Of a stretch of 64,000 nt of DNA, positions 43,802 through 52,714 are shown piece by piece. A program made the position numbers and the translations under genes. The notes beneath the pieces were generated by a model. That model was not told the origin of the DNA and did no database searches. It worked only from the letters and a program-made list of their open reading frames with translations. The DNA is from a bacterium (lineage in GTDB: Bacteria; Patescibacteriota; Minisyncoccia; Phycocordibacterales; UBA2100): contig JAUSGQ010000044.1 of the NCBI GenBank assembly GCA_030674455.1, positions 13,080 through 77,079 on the forward strand. Reading direction: 5' to 3'. Each line of letters begins with the position of its first letter. Within the stretch, counting starts at the first letter, position 1.

Positions 43802-46180
43802 TTATGCTTTGTTATCCCTTTTGGCAAGATAGGACGCAAGGCCGCCCGGGCGCGAATATGCAAATACATTTTCGATTCCTGCATCTCTGGCAAGTACAAT
43901 CACTGCTTCAATTAGGCGCTGAGAGACTGGCGCATCGTCGTGAATGCGCACATCACCTTTAGGCTCCGGGTATTGCAGAAGCATGTTGTATCCGAGAGAA
44001 CTTTTGTCTTCCGGCCGGCCATTCGGGATGAGACCGACGAAATGTGCGCCTTCCGAAAGCCCCGCCTTCGGCTTTTGGTGGAATTTAAAAACGGCATCCT
44101 GCGGAACGTACGCGAGCACTTCTTTTTCCGAGGGCCGTCTACAGGTGCCGATGCCTATCCCATCGGCCATTTTAGAAACTTCCGGCACCGGCCTCGGCCT
44201 ATAATCAGCACTGCAGATTGAAATGCAGACGATATTTTTTCCCTGCGGAGCTAATACTTTCGGCGTAAGGAGTTCATCGTAGGTGATGCCGAGCAATTCT
44301 TTGCCCGAGAGGTCGGTGCGCACGAGCGCGATCTGCCCGGCGATGTGTTCGGCACTTGGCCGATGGGTTGGCATCGGCACCTGTCGACGGTCCGCGGCAA
44401 GAATAATGACCTGCTTCGGGATATTTTTTTCATACGCGGTCTTTTCCGCCATGAGCGGCTCCCAGCAGTGGTTGTAAAGTTCGTACGATTCCTTAACCCA
44501 TCGCGAATACCGATGAAGCACCGTGAAGCGATACTCCGGAGTTTTAAACAATCCATAGATCGATTCAAAGCTCTCGTATGGAAGCTGCTGTTTAAGGATT
44601 GTACGCTGAACTTTTCCCGTCGAGGTCGTCGGGAGTTCCGCGACAGTCATCGAAGTGATGTACTTCGGCGTTTCGTATGCGCTCAAGTACGGCGTACCGC
44701 ATAAAAGCGCCAATTTGAGCCGTCTTTTGGCGGCATCAGTATCAACTCCCTCTTTCCACGAAATCACGGCGCCGCATTCCTCGCCGTAGCGCTCATCGGC
44801 TACCGACACAACGTGAACCTGCGCGATGTCGGAAGATATTTTCTTGAGAGAATTTTCCACGGCAATCGGCGAAATGTTGATGCCGCCTTTGATGATAATT
44901 TCGCGCTTGCGCCCTTTGAGATAAAAATACGGCCTCCCCTCCTCAATGCGGAAATAGCCGATGTCGCCCGTCAAAAAATATCCGCGTGCCTCTGTAGGCA
45001 GGTCGCAAAACGCAGGCTCGCCGCCGACATACCCTTCCATCAAGGCTTCGCCTTTGACGATGATTTCTCCTTCTTCTCCCTCCCCCTGGAATTTCCCATT
45101 CTCATCTGCAATGCGCACATCCGCCCACGACATCGGAGCGCCGATCGAGTTTTCTTCCACGAGACGTTCATACAACTCTTCCGATAGTCCCATCGGCACG
45201 CCCGTCACGCGAAGCGCAGTTTCCGTCTGCCCGTATCCCTGATAGAGCGAGATGCCGAATTTCTTTCTGAATTCTTGCACCGTGCTGGCGATGACGGGAG
45301 CCGAACCTATCTGTATGCGCGAGAGAACGACATTTTTTCTCACCGCTGCGTATTCTTCCTCGCGGTTCAACTGGTCAAAGAGAATTGACTGCACGATAGA
45401 TGTAATCGTCGCGGAGGTCGCGGCTATCTGCTGCCAGAAGTGCGAGTTAGAGTATGCTGGTGGAATCGCGATGGAGCCGCCGGCAAGCAGCATCGCGAGG
45501 CAAAAGGTCGTTGAGTTAATGTGGTGCAGCGGGAGATTGACCAGGAACCTGTCTGTCTCGGTAATTCGAAGCCACTCGCCAATAGCCTCCGCATTGACGA
45601 TGAGATTCTTGAGCGAGAGCTTCGCACCCTTCGGATGCGCCGTCGTGCCGGAAGTAAATAAGACGAGAGCTTGATGCGAAAGCCCCGTTTCCCAAACAAC
45701 CTCTGTATCCTGCTTTTTAGGAAAGTCTGAAAATTCTTTGATATTCACTCCGCTTAAATGCGATTTATCTGCGTCTTTGAGCAAGCCTTTCTGTGCTACT
45801 AGTACTTTCGCACCGTTCAGTTTGATTTTGTATGCGTGCTGTTCGCCCGTGTCGCGTTTCGTGTCGAGCGGAATAGTAATGATTCCGGTACTCCACGCCG
45901 CCCACGAGATTATGAGAAGTTCGGCAGAATTCTTGAACGCGAGCGCGGCCCTGTCCCCTTTGCGCAGGCCCAATTCAGACAGATAGGAGGCAGCTGATTC
46001 CACTTCTTTAGCCAGCTCCCCAAAATTTATTTCACGCAGGATTTTCCCGGTCTCATCGCAACTCACAAGAGCTGCGCGAGAAGGATGCATTTGAGCAAGA
46101 TGTGCGATATGTTCGTGCAGACTTTTGATGCGTTTTTCGTGCATGTGGCTTACTTTACTCTTGAGGCCTCTTGCGCGCAA
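43802..46180 (-). CDS. acyl-AMP ligase (AMP-binding superfamily) fused to a ~280-aa C-terminal domain of unknown function
   Basis: 792 aa. TSGTTAHPKG, GYGQTE and ..TSTGKVQR.. adenylation motifs occupy the first ~510 aa. The remainder has no recognisable motif. Confidence 0.7.
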   Translation of the reverse strand: MRARGLKSKVSHMHEKRIKSLHEHIAHLAQMHPSRAALVSCDETGKILREINFGELAKEVESAASYLSELGLRKGDRAALAFKNSAELLIISWAAWSTGIITIPLDTKRDTGEQHAYKIKLNGAKVLVAQKGLLKDADKSHLSGVNIKEFSDFPKKQDTEVVWETGLSHQALVLFTSGTTAHPKGAKLSLKNLIVNAEAIGEWLRITETDRFLVNLPLHHINSTTFCLAMLLAGGSIAIPPAYSNSHFWQQIAATSATITSIVQSILFDQLNREEEYAAVRKNVVLSRIQIGSAPVIASTVQEFRKKFGISLYQGYGQTETALRVTGVPMGLSEELYERLVEENSIGAPMSWADVRIADENGKFQGEGEEGEIIVKGEALMEGYVGGEPAFCDLPTEARGYFLTGDIGYFRIEEGRPYFYLKGRKREIIIKGGINISPIAVENSLKKISSDIAQVHVVSVADERYGEECGAVISWKEGVDTDAAKRRLKLALLCGTPYLSAYETPKYITSMTVAELPTTSTGKVQRTILKQQLPYESFESIYGLFKTPEYRFTVLHRYSRWVKESYELYNHCWEPLMAEKTAYEKNIPKQVIILAADRRQVPMPTHRPSAEHIAGQIALVRTDLSGKELLGITYDELLTPKVLAPQGKNIVCISICSADYRPRPVPEVSKMADGIGIGTCRRPSEKEVLAYVPQDAVFKFHQKPKAGLSEGAHFVGLIPNGRPEDKSSLGYNMLLQYPEPKGDVRIHDDAPVSQRLIEAVIVLARDAGIENVFAYSRPGGLASYLAKRDNKA

Positions 46181-46865
46181 TTATCAGAAGACCGGTTCCG
46201 AATGGCAACGAAATGAATCTTATGAGCATAGATTCAATTTTTACAACAGCGAAAAAAATCGCGTTGAGTAAGCGCGGCATCCTCAAAGAGCTGTCGCCTG
46301 ACCTTCCCAAGAGGCGCATGAGCGCGGCAGGAATGAAAAGCAGCATGTTCCAGTAACTCGCGTATTCAACTTCAAATCCGGCGTCATTCAATACAGCGCG
46401 CATTGAGGCTTTCGTATACCTTCGGAAATGATGGTGGTTAACATCATGAATGCCCCAGAGAAATTGGAACGCGGGCACTGTTATTGCGAGGTGGCCGCCG
46501 CTCTTTAGCGCCCCGTGGGCTTTTACCAGAAACTCCCTGTCATGCTCGATGTGTTCAACAACATCAAATAGCCCTATCAAATCGTACGCTCGTCCCAGTG
46601 CCTCGCTTTCAGTTGATAATGCACGCAGATAGCCGCGCTTGCTGGCGGCTTCTCGCGCTTCCGCATCCGGCTCGTAGGCATATATATTCTTTCCGATGCG
46701 CGAAAGGTCTTTATACATTCCTCCGTAACCCGCGCCGAAATCAAGAACATCTTCTGCCCGCTTCGCGCCGCACTTCGCAAGCCCGGCGTGAATTGCCGCG
46801 GCACGGCCTCGGTACCACCAGGATTTCTCCATGTCACTCAAAAGTTTAAAAGCGTTTCTCTCCAT
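46155..46865 (-). CDS. class I SAM-dependent methyltransferase
   Basis: VLDFGAGYGG motif I. The start ATG lies inside the left terminus of the GIY-YIG element. Confidence 0.8.
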   Translation of the reverse strand: MERNAFKLLSDMEKSWWYRGRAAAIHAGLAKCGAKRAEDVLDFGAGYGGMYKDLSRIGKNIYAYEPDAEAREAASKRGYLRALSTESEALGRAYDLIGLFDVVEHIEHDREFLVKAHGALKSGGHLAITVPAFQFLWGIHDVNHHHFRRYTKASMRAVLNDAGFEVEYASYWNMLLFIPAALMRLLGRSGDSSLRMPRLLNAIFFAVVKIESMLIRFISLPFGTGLLIIARKRPQE

Positions 46866-47172
46866 ACCCGGTTAGTACAATTTCGAATTATTCCGTCCGT
46901 AATAATCTTTCAATCGCTTTGCAAGAAAGCGACGGCCTCCCGTGGTTTTGAAATATTGTTCTCGACGTTTTGCGTCAACCAGAGAACGACATGCTTCGTA
47001 GTACGCAAGTATAAAAGGCCGTCGTGGTGCTGTGGCAAAACTTTTACCCTGCTGGTGTTGATCCATGCGCTTTCGCAGATCACTCGTATATCCAATATAT
47101 TGCTTATAGTCTTTCATACTCTGCAAGACATAGACATAATAAAAGCGATTCGAAATTGTCCTACCGGGCATA
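46863..47172 (-). mobile_element. TIR-bounded GIY-YIG element (autonomous-looking copy): 22-bp terminal inverted repeats, 4-bp CATA target-site duplication, single 99-aa GIY-YIG gene
   Basis: TIR-L CCCGGTTAGTACAATTTCGAAT (46867..46888), TIR-R ATTCGAAATTGTCCTACCGGG (47148..47168). CATA at 46863-46866 and 47169-47172. The first 8 codons of the GIY-YIG ORF (MPGRTISN) are encoded by the TIR itself. Confidence 0.8.
46872..47171 (-). CDS. GIY-YIG nuclease family protein (YhbQ/UPF0213-like)
   Basis: YYVYVLQS..YIGYTSDLRKRMDQHQQGKS..RRPFILAYYEAC..AKRREQYFK matches the GIY-YIG motifs. Confidence 0.8.
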   Translation of the reverse strand: MPGRTISNRFYYVYVLQSMKDYKQYIGYTSDLRKRMDQHQQGKSFATAPRRPFILAYYEACRSLVDAKRREQYFKTTGGRRFLAKRLKDYYGRNNSKLY

Positions 47173-47174
47173 TA

Positions 47175-47876
47175 TTATTTTGAAATTACGTTTCTAATTC
47201 TAAACATGGCCCGTAAAGCACCGACACTGTCACGCAAAAGAACAAGTTTGCTTTTCCTGTCTTCGAACCGGTGTTCATTCCAATGAACCGGCACTTCTTT
47301 GATGCTAAGCCCTGCACGTTCAGCGCGCGCAAGAAATTCCATATCAAGGAACCATCCCTTTTCCGTACAGCCCGCAAGGATTTTTCTCCCTCGCGCATTC
47401 ATTATCTTCAGCCCGCACTGGGTATCTTCCACACTCCTCACCCCTACTATCATCTTTCTCAATATGTTGAATGCCTTGGATGACAGCGTTCGAAATGCGC
47501 CGCGCTTAACCATCGTGGTTTCGATAAGGCGCGAACCGATTGCAATATCAAAACCGCTCTTCTCTACCAACGGGAGAAGGTTCAGGATGTCTTCGGGGTC
47601 TGCGGAAAGGTCGGCATCAATAAATCCGAAAAAATCAGCGCCAGAATGGCGCGCGGCAGCGGCGACAGCCGCTCCCTTTCCCCGTATAGGGATTGATAAG
47701 ACGGATACGCCTGGAATGCCCTTTGCGGCGCTTGCCGTACCGTCCGTTGAATCATTGTCGGCAACAATGACAGCAACATCCTCGCCTGTTTTTTGAAGTA
47801 CGCGCAGTACCGCGCCCGCAGATTCCGCAATAATGCGCTCTTCGTTGTAAGCGGGAATGCAGATTTCAATGGCCAT
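47175..47876 (-). CDS. family 2 glycosyltransferase (polyprenyl-phosphate sugar synthase-like)
   Basis: CIPAYNEERIIAESA..VADNDSTDGT..IDADL; DPM1-like GT2. Confidence 0.85.
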   Translation of the reverse strand: MAIEICIPAYNEERIIAESAGAVLRVLQKTGEDVAVIVADNDSTDGTASAAKGIPGVSVLSIPIRGKGAAVAAAARHSGADFFGFIDADLSADPEDILNLLPLVEKSGFDIAIGSRLIETTMVKRGAFRTLSSKAFNILRKMIVGVRSVEDTQCGLKIMNARGRKILAGCTEKGWFLDMEFLARAERAGLSIKEVPVHWNEHRFEDRKSKLVLLRDSVGALRAMFRIRNVISK

Positions 47877-49386
47877 AATGTTTCCTCATTCGTTTGACTA
47901 GCTCATGAGCCCCTGCGGCTGCGAGAATTAGAAGATACGGCTCCGCAGGAATCCGGTACCGCGAATTGGACATGGGGCCGGTAAGCGCCGCAAAATACGC
48001 AACTAACACAAATAACAGAAGTATCGCAAAATCTCTGCGGCGCAATACGGTAGCAACAAGCGCCAAAAGCGTAATGCAGAGCCACCAAAATATTTCCAGC
48101 GCTATGGGCGAAAGATTCCGCACAGCACTGATAAATGAACTCGCACTTTCGGGATGGCGAATTTTCCGCAACGAATCAAGGATTGAGAGCGTTACCGGTG
48201 CATAGAAACCCTCATTATCGCGCAGCTGTCGTTCGATTTGCTTATATGAAGCAACACTGCTGGATATAAAAAACGGTATCGTATTCACCGTATGAAAATA
48301 CGCGTATCTCACAGGGTCGCGCATGATGTAGTAAATGGCAAGTTTTCCTTCATAGTTATCGGAGTCCTTTCCCGGTGGAGTTATCTCAGCGAGCCTTTTT
48401 GCCACGTCCGTATCAACAACAGAAAACACGGGATCATTAAAATGTCTCATGGCGAGAATCGCTGGCAATTGCTCGGGAGTCCCCGCAAGAGTTCTCCACG
48501 CAAGAAATCCGCGTACGTTGTTTATTAGAAGATTATGTCCGCCAAGAGGAGATATTTCGAAAGATTCGAACTGCGAGTAGTTGCGCGCAATCCACGGGGT
48601 CACGATGACCGCAAATCCTAAAATGCACGCGATAATGACTTTCAGCCGAGAAACTTTTTCGCTCACTACTGTCGGATCCGCCTTTTTCGAAGCCATCGGG
48701 TTCGACGAGCTCACCGTGAACCATTCGCGTAAAAGGTACATTGCAGGAAATACAAACACTAGAAATTGCGCGATTGGTCGGATCATCGTTATCGCGCCAA
48801 GCAGAAGCCCTACAAGCCCCCACCGAGCGATTCCTTTTAATCGAGATTGTTGGCCTGCCTGCCTCGCTCCGCTTGGCGTAGGCAGGAAAAATGCGAAATA
48901 GACTATGAATATAAGAAGAGAGCTAAAAAGTCCGTCAGTCATAATTGCGGAATCCGTAAAAACAGCCATGGGGTCTATCGCGTATGCGAGCGCTGGCACA
49001 AGCGCATACGCACTCGGCACAAGAGTGCGCGCCATTCTATAGATAAGTACCGCGGCATATGCAGAGAGGATAATTTGCAGGATGACAATGGGCGCCATGC
49101 TTCCGGTGAGAGCCTTCGTTGCCGCAAGCAAGGCGGGATATCCTGGAGGCGCGGCGTGCAGGGGTACTCCCTTCGGGTTTTCATAGGCGTGAAATTCTAG
49201 AAGGTTGTCGGCCCAGAGCGCGTAATATGAAGAGTCGCCGGACACGACCGGGTACGGATGCGCGGCGGGATTCGTGCTCGCGAGCGATGAGAGATATCCG
49301 AAAGACAGCAGGCGCGCGCATATGGCGAGCACTACAAGGATAACCACAATCGCAGACTCATTTGATACGCGCTCAAATAATTTCAT
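47866..49386 (-). CDS. GT-C family membrane glycosyltransferase (ArnT/PMT-like)
   Basis: 506 aa, >10 TM with a large periplasmic loop. Overlaps the GT2 gene as in polyprenyl-P-sugar donor/transferase pairs. Confidence 0.6.
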   Translation of the reverse strand: MKLFERVSNESAIVVILVVLAICARLLSFGYLSSLASTNPAAHPYPVVSGDSSYYALWADNLLEFHAYENPKGVPLHAAPPGYPALLAATKALTGSMAPIVILQIILSAYAAVLIYRMARTLVPSAYALVPALAYAIDPMAVFTDSAIMTDGLFSSLLIFIVYFAFFLPTPSGARQAGQQSRLKGIARWGLVGLLLGAITMIRPIAQFLVFVFPAMYLLREWFTVSSSNPMASKKADPTVVSEKVSRLKVIIACILGFAVIVTPWIARNYSQFESFEISPLGGHNLLINNVRGFLAWRTLAGTPEQLPAILAMRHFNDPVFSVVDTDVAKRLAEITPPGKDSDNYEGKLAIYYIMRDPVRYAYFHTVNTIPFFISSSVASYKQIERQLRDNEGFYAPVTLSILDSLRKIRHPESASSFISAVRNLSPIALEIFWWLCITLLALVATVLRRRDFAILLLFVLVAYFAALTGPMSNSRYRIPAEPYLLILAAAGAHELVKRMRKHYGH

Positions 49387-49395
49387 ATAGATGCG

Positions 49396-50223
49396 CTACA
49401 TTCTTCCATGATCATCCTCAATGCGCACGATGTCGTCCTCGCTGAAATCTCCGTAGGCAACTTCTACAACGACCCCACCGTACTTGGAGAACAGCCTGTG
49501 TACCTGCTTTTTCACGACCCGGAAGACTTCGCCTTTTTTGAGCGCGACCGTCCGCTTTCCGGAAGAATCATGAACAATCGCGGAAGCATCGCCTTCCACG
49601 AGCAACCACCACTCCTCGCGGTTATGGTGGTACTGCAGGCTCAAGCGTTGCGCCGGTTTTATGTAGATTGTTTTCAGGTTCCACCCTTCTCCGTTATCCC
49701 ATCCGTAATATTCACCCCACGGGCGCACCGTCTTGGATGCGTGGCGGCGCGAAGCCTTAATCATCCACGACGACGATTGCACTTTGCCGCCCTCGCCGAC
49801 GTTGAAAACCATTCTTGTGCCGAGCTTTTTGCATGTGGCTACTTCCGGTATGTTGCTTTTGAATCGGTCCCCGCCGTTGGCAAAAACAGCCGGCTTCAAT
49901 TTCTCTATCGCACGGCATACGCTCGTATCAACATCCCCCTTTTTGTGGTCGGTAATCACCACCTTATCTACAGTGGGCAACGAGCGCAGGAGTTCGGCCC
50001 GCTCTTTCTGCGGCATGAAAACAAATCCCTTTTTTGCCTTCAGCCAATGGTCATTATTGAGTATCACCACGAGTCTGTCGCCGAGCTTTCGGGCCTCCTT
50101 GAACATGCGGATGTGTCCGATATGCAGCGGATCAAAGCCACCGGAAACGGCTATCCAGCGAGTTGAGTTCTTCTTCACCCCGTTAGAGGCAGGGCGCGGT
50201 CGTTTTGATTCTTTGGTATTCAT
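49396..50223 (-). CDS. cytidylyl/adenylyltransferase (HIGH nucleotidyltransferase) fused to a cupin domain
   Basis: IAVSGGFDPLHIGHIRMF (HxGH), then a C-terminal cupin (..LQYHHNREEWWLLVEGDA..). The N-terminus MNTKESKRPRPASNG is encoded within the duplicated inverted-repeat module. Confidence 0.7.
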   Translation of the reverse strand: MNTKESKRPRPASNGVKKNSTRWIAVSGGFDPLHIGHIRMFKEARKLGDRLVVILNNDHWLKAKKGFVFMPQKERAELLRSLPTVDKVVITDHKKGDVDTSVCRAIEKLKPAVFANGGDRFKSNIPEVATCKKLGTRMVFNVGEGGKVQSSSWMIKASRRHASKTVRPWGEYYGWDNGEGWNLKTIYIKPAQRLSLQYHHNREEWWLLVEGDASAIVHDSSGKRTVALKKGEVFRVVKKQVHRLFSKYGGVVVEVAYGDFSEDDIVRIEDDHGRM

Positions 50224-50293
50224 ACTGACATCAATAGTATTGATACGTTGCCGTTCTTAAGATATGTAAGTGCGGCCGCGGCCTCTAACGGGG
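50178..50293 (-). promoter_or_regulatory. start-codon-spanning inverted-repeat module, copy B (CCCCGTTAGAGGC...GCCTCTAACGGGG) at the cytidylyltransferase-cupin gene
   Basis: Same arms with a diverged spacer. Downstream arm encodes RPRPASNG. Confidence 0.6.
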
Positions 50294-50372
50294 TTCATAT
50301 GAGGATTAAGATATCACACAACGAATCAAGAATGTACGAGGCAACCCCTGGGACTCCCCTGATAGTATCGCG

Positions 50373-51116
50373 TTATGATAAGCGCTTTATTTCATCGTCA
50401 AGAAACGCGAGAGTCTCCTCTTTGAGTATGTGCCGAACCTTTTGGAATTGATCGGGCAACAAAAGCACGTTGAGATCTTGGGTAATGATAGCGTCAGTAA
50501 CATGGCTCGAAATAAATGTGCGGAGCTCTTTCAAATATTCCAGGGCCGGCACTCCGCGCCGGTCCTGCAACACACCGCTGTCATAGGAGAAACCGTTCAG
50601 AAAGAAATGGTGGATGTCGTAGACATCACGCCCCGCGATGGAGCCGTGCCGCTCGTACCGATCCACGAGTGCAACGAGCTTGTGTGCAAACATTGTCCCA
50701 ATCGTCTGGCACGAAAATACTCGGTCAATATCCGCGAGTCGCACCTTCTCGATTTTATTGGCAGTACTCATGAGTGTCGTCGCCTCAAACTTAAGCGTAT
50801 TGCGCCTATGCTCGCCCGCCGGATACTTTAAGAAATATTGCGGCACCTCTTTGCTTGCGTCTTTCACGGTAAGCCCAATATCGGAAAAAGATTTCTCCAG
50901 TCGCTTTCGTATCGCGATTGTTTCATCCGCACTTCCGATATAATCAAAATCAAGGTCAACCGAAAAACGGTCGAGAAAATCGCGCATTGCAGCGCACGTC
51001 CCGCCTTTAAAAACGAGTACTTTCGTGAGGTTCGCGTCATCAGCGACTGCGCGCAGGACTCGGAACATCCACGCCTTGTGTATCGCGTCTTTTTTGTCGG
51101 GAAGGATCAGTGTCAT
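50373..51116 (-). CDS. AbiEii/AbiGii-family nucleotidyltransferase toxin (DUF1814)
   Basis: FKGGTCAAMRDFLDRFSVDLDFDY matches the GGT...RFSxDxDF signature. Confidence 0.7.
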   Translation of the reverse strand: MTLILPDKKDAIHKAWMFRVLRAVADDANLTKVLVFKGGTCAAMRDFLDRFSVDLDFDYIGSADETIAIRKRLEKSFSDIGLTVKDASKEVPQYFLKYPAGEHRRNTLKFEATTLMSTANKIEKVRLADIDRVFSCQTIGTMFAHKLVALVDRYERHGSIAGRDVYDIHHFFLNGFSYDSGVLQDRRGVPALEYLKELRTFISSHVTDAIITQDLNVLLLPDQFQKVRHILKEETLAFLDDEIKRLS

Positions 51117-51123
51117 ACGTTAT

Positions 51124-51723
51124 TCATATATTCTTGTTACGCGTAATTACGTATCCGACATCTTTTTGTATACGATTCACCTCGCTCCAATCAATATGTG
51201 CAGACGCATCAAAATGATACCGCGGATTGAAGTGCAGCATATCAGCAATTGCGCGCAGAGAAGACGCGATGCGTACACTTCCCGCGCGCTCTATTCCCGT
51301 CTCATTGAATAGGTATATGTCCCTCAGACGGCGTGAACGGAAATTATGCCCGGCGAGCCTGAATTGCCTGCTTACTGAACTCACGAGTGTGACACGCAAC
51401 ACCTGCTGTTGAATGATGCCGGCACGTGAAAGAACAGTCTCCGTACTCACATAACAAAATCCGTGTATCGCCTTACTTCCGATAAGAAGCGGGTCAAGCG
51501 CGTGATGAGGTTTTATGGAATAGAGGCCGTTTTGCAAACGAAACAAGAGTCCCGCTCGCGCATAGCGTGAGAGTATCGTGTGGAGCGTGTTTACGTTTGT
51601 GATTCCCCAGATAACAGCCGCGTCGCGAGCATGAAATACTATCTCGCCCATGCGGGCCAGTGCGGCAAATCGAGCATCCACAGCAGATGATTTGGGAGGT
51701 ATGGTGTGTTTTCCTGTACGCAT
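51124..51723 (-). CDS. AbiEi-family antitoxin/transcriptional regulator
   Basis: 199 aa immediately upstream of the AbiEii gene. FHARDAAVIWGI..LSRYARAGLLFRLQNGLY matches the AbiEi N-terminal wHTH. Confidence 0.6.
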   Translation of the reverse strand: MRTGKHTIPPKSSAVDARFAALARMGEIVFHARDAAVIWGITNVNTLHTILSRYARAGLLFRLQNGLYSIKPHHALDPLLIGSKAIHGFCYVSTETVLSRAGIIQQQVLRVTLVSSVSRQFRLAGHNFRSRRLRDIYLFNETGIERAGSVRIASSLRAIADMLHFNPRYHFDASAHIDWSEVNRIQKDVGYVITRNKNI

Positions 51724-51851
51724 GTGTACAGATTACCATAACGTTTCTGCCTTGCAAGGCGTAATCGTGCCTTGAACAATATCTTTACCGTGTACTTTTA
51801 AGAAAGAATCCGGCAAAGGGAATGCTCTTGAGCTTACGCGCGCACGCGTCC

Positions 51852-52685
51852 TTACGGCAAAATGAGCACGATTGAGGCACCGAGCATAAGCACGAGAAAG
51901 AGCTTGATGAGGATATGGCTCTCGTGAAAATAAATCCTGCCGGAGATGAGCGACCAGGAGACTTCCCCAATGCGTTTCAAGGCAGTGATGATGGAAGCCG
52001 CGCCATAGAGGTATGCAAAGCTTATGAGTACGGCGGCTATACCAATCGTGAACGATTGCGCAAAGAATCCTACTTTGCGAAAAGCGCGGAAAGAATTCTC
52101 CTTGAGCACTAAAAGATTGTAAAAAAAGAGTAAGATAAGCATGATGAGGTAGGCCAAGAACTGTTCCGCTTCCAGAGAGTTGTAGTGCGTGATGTCATAT
52201 TTGAATAAAGATAACGTAATGGCGGCGCCCACCGTGAGTACTGCCACAAGGAACGCGCCTCGTTTATCTATGCCTTTACTGAATGCTAAAACTACGATTA
52301 CTGCGCAAAATAATAGAATGCCCGCGAGTTGGCTCGGGGATATAGCGTATCCAAGAAATATATCAATCGCGAGGAGAAGAGGTATCGTCCCGCTATGAAT
52401 GAAAGAAAAAGTCGAGCGGTCCGCGAGAGCGATGGCCTTAAGTCCGACGATAAGAATGGCAAACTCTAATATGATCCTTGTCCCAAATACCGGAAGCGAC
52501 TCGAGGGCGAAAACAAAATTACCGCTATACAATATAATGGACAAGAAAAATAACGTTACAAAAAACAAATTGAGAAAACCGGCTGTGTATACGCTTTCTC
52601 TGCGGTCCGATATTCCCTTTTTCGTGAAAACGCTTGAAACCTCTTCAAAGAAAGTCGCGCTTAGGATTAGAACGAGCGTCAGCAT
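51852..52685 (-). CDS. polytopic membrane protein (EamA/DMT-like; putative sugar/nucleotide-sugar transporter)
   Basis: 277 aa, about 9-10 TM. Confidence 0.5.
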   Translation of the reverse strand: MLTLVLILSATFFEEVSSVFTKKGISDRRESVYTAGFLNLFFVTLFFLSIILYSGNFVFALESLPVFGTRIILEFAILIVGLKAIALADRSTFSFIHSGTIPLLLAIDIFLGYAISPSQLAGILLFCAVIVVLAFSKGIDKRGAFLVAVLTVGAAITLSLFKYDITHYNSLEAEQFLAYLIMLILLFFYNLLVLKENSFRAFRKVGFFAQSFTIGIAAVLISFAYLYGAASIITALKRIGEVSWSLISGRIYFHESHILIKLFLVLMLGASIVLILP

Positions 52686-52714
52686 ATCTTAGGTAGTCTG
52701 AAAACCGATTGTGG

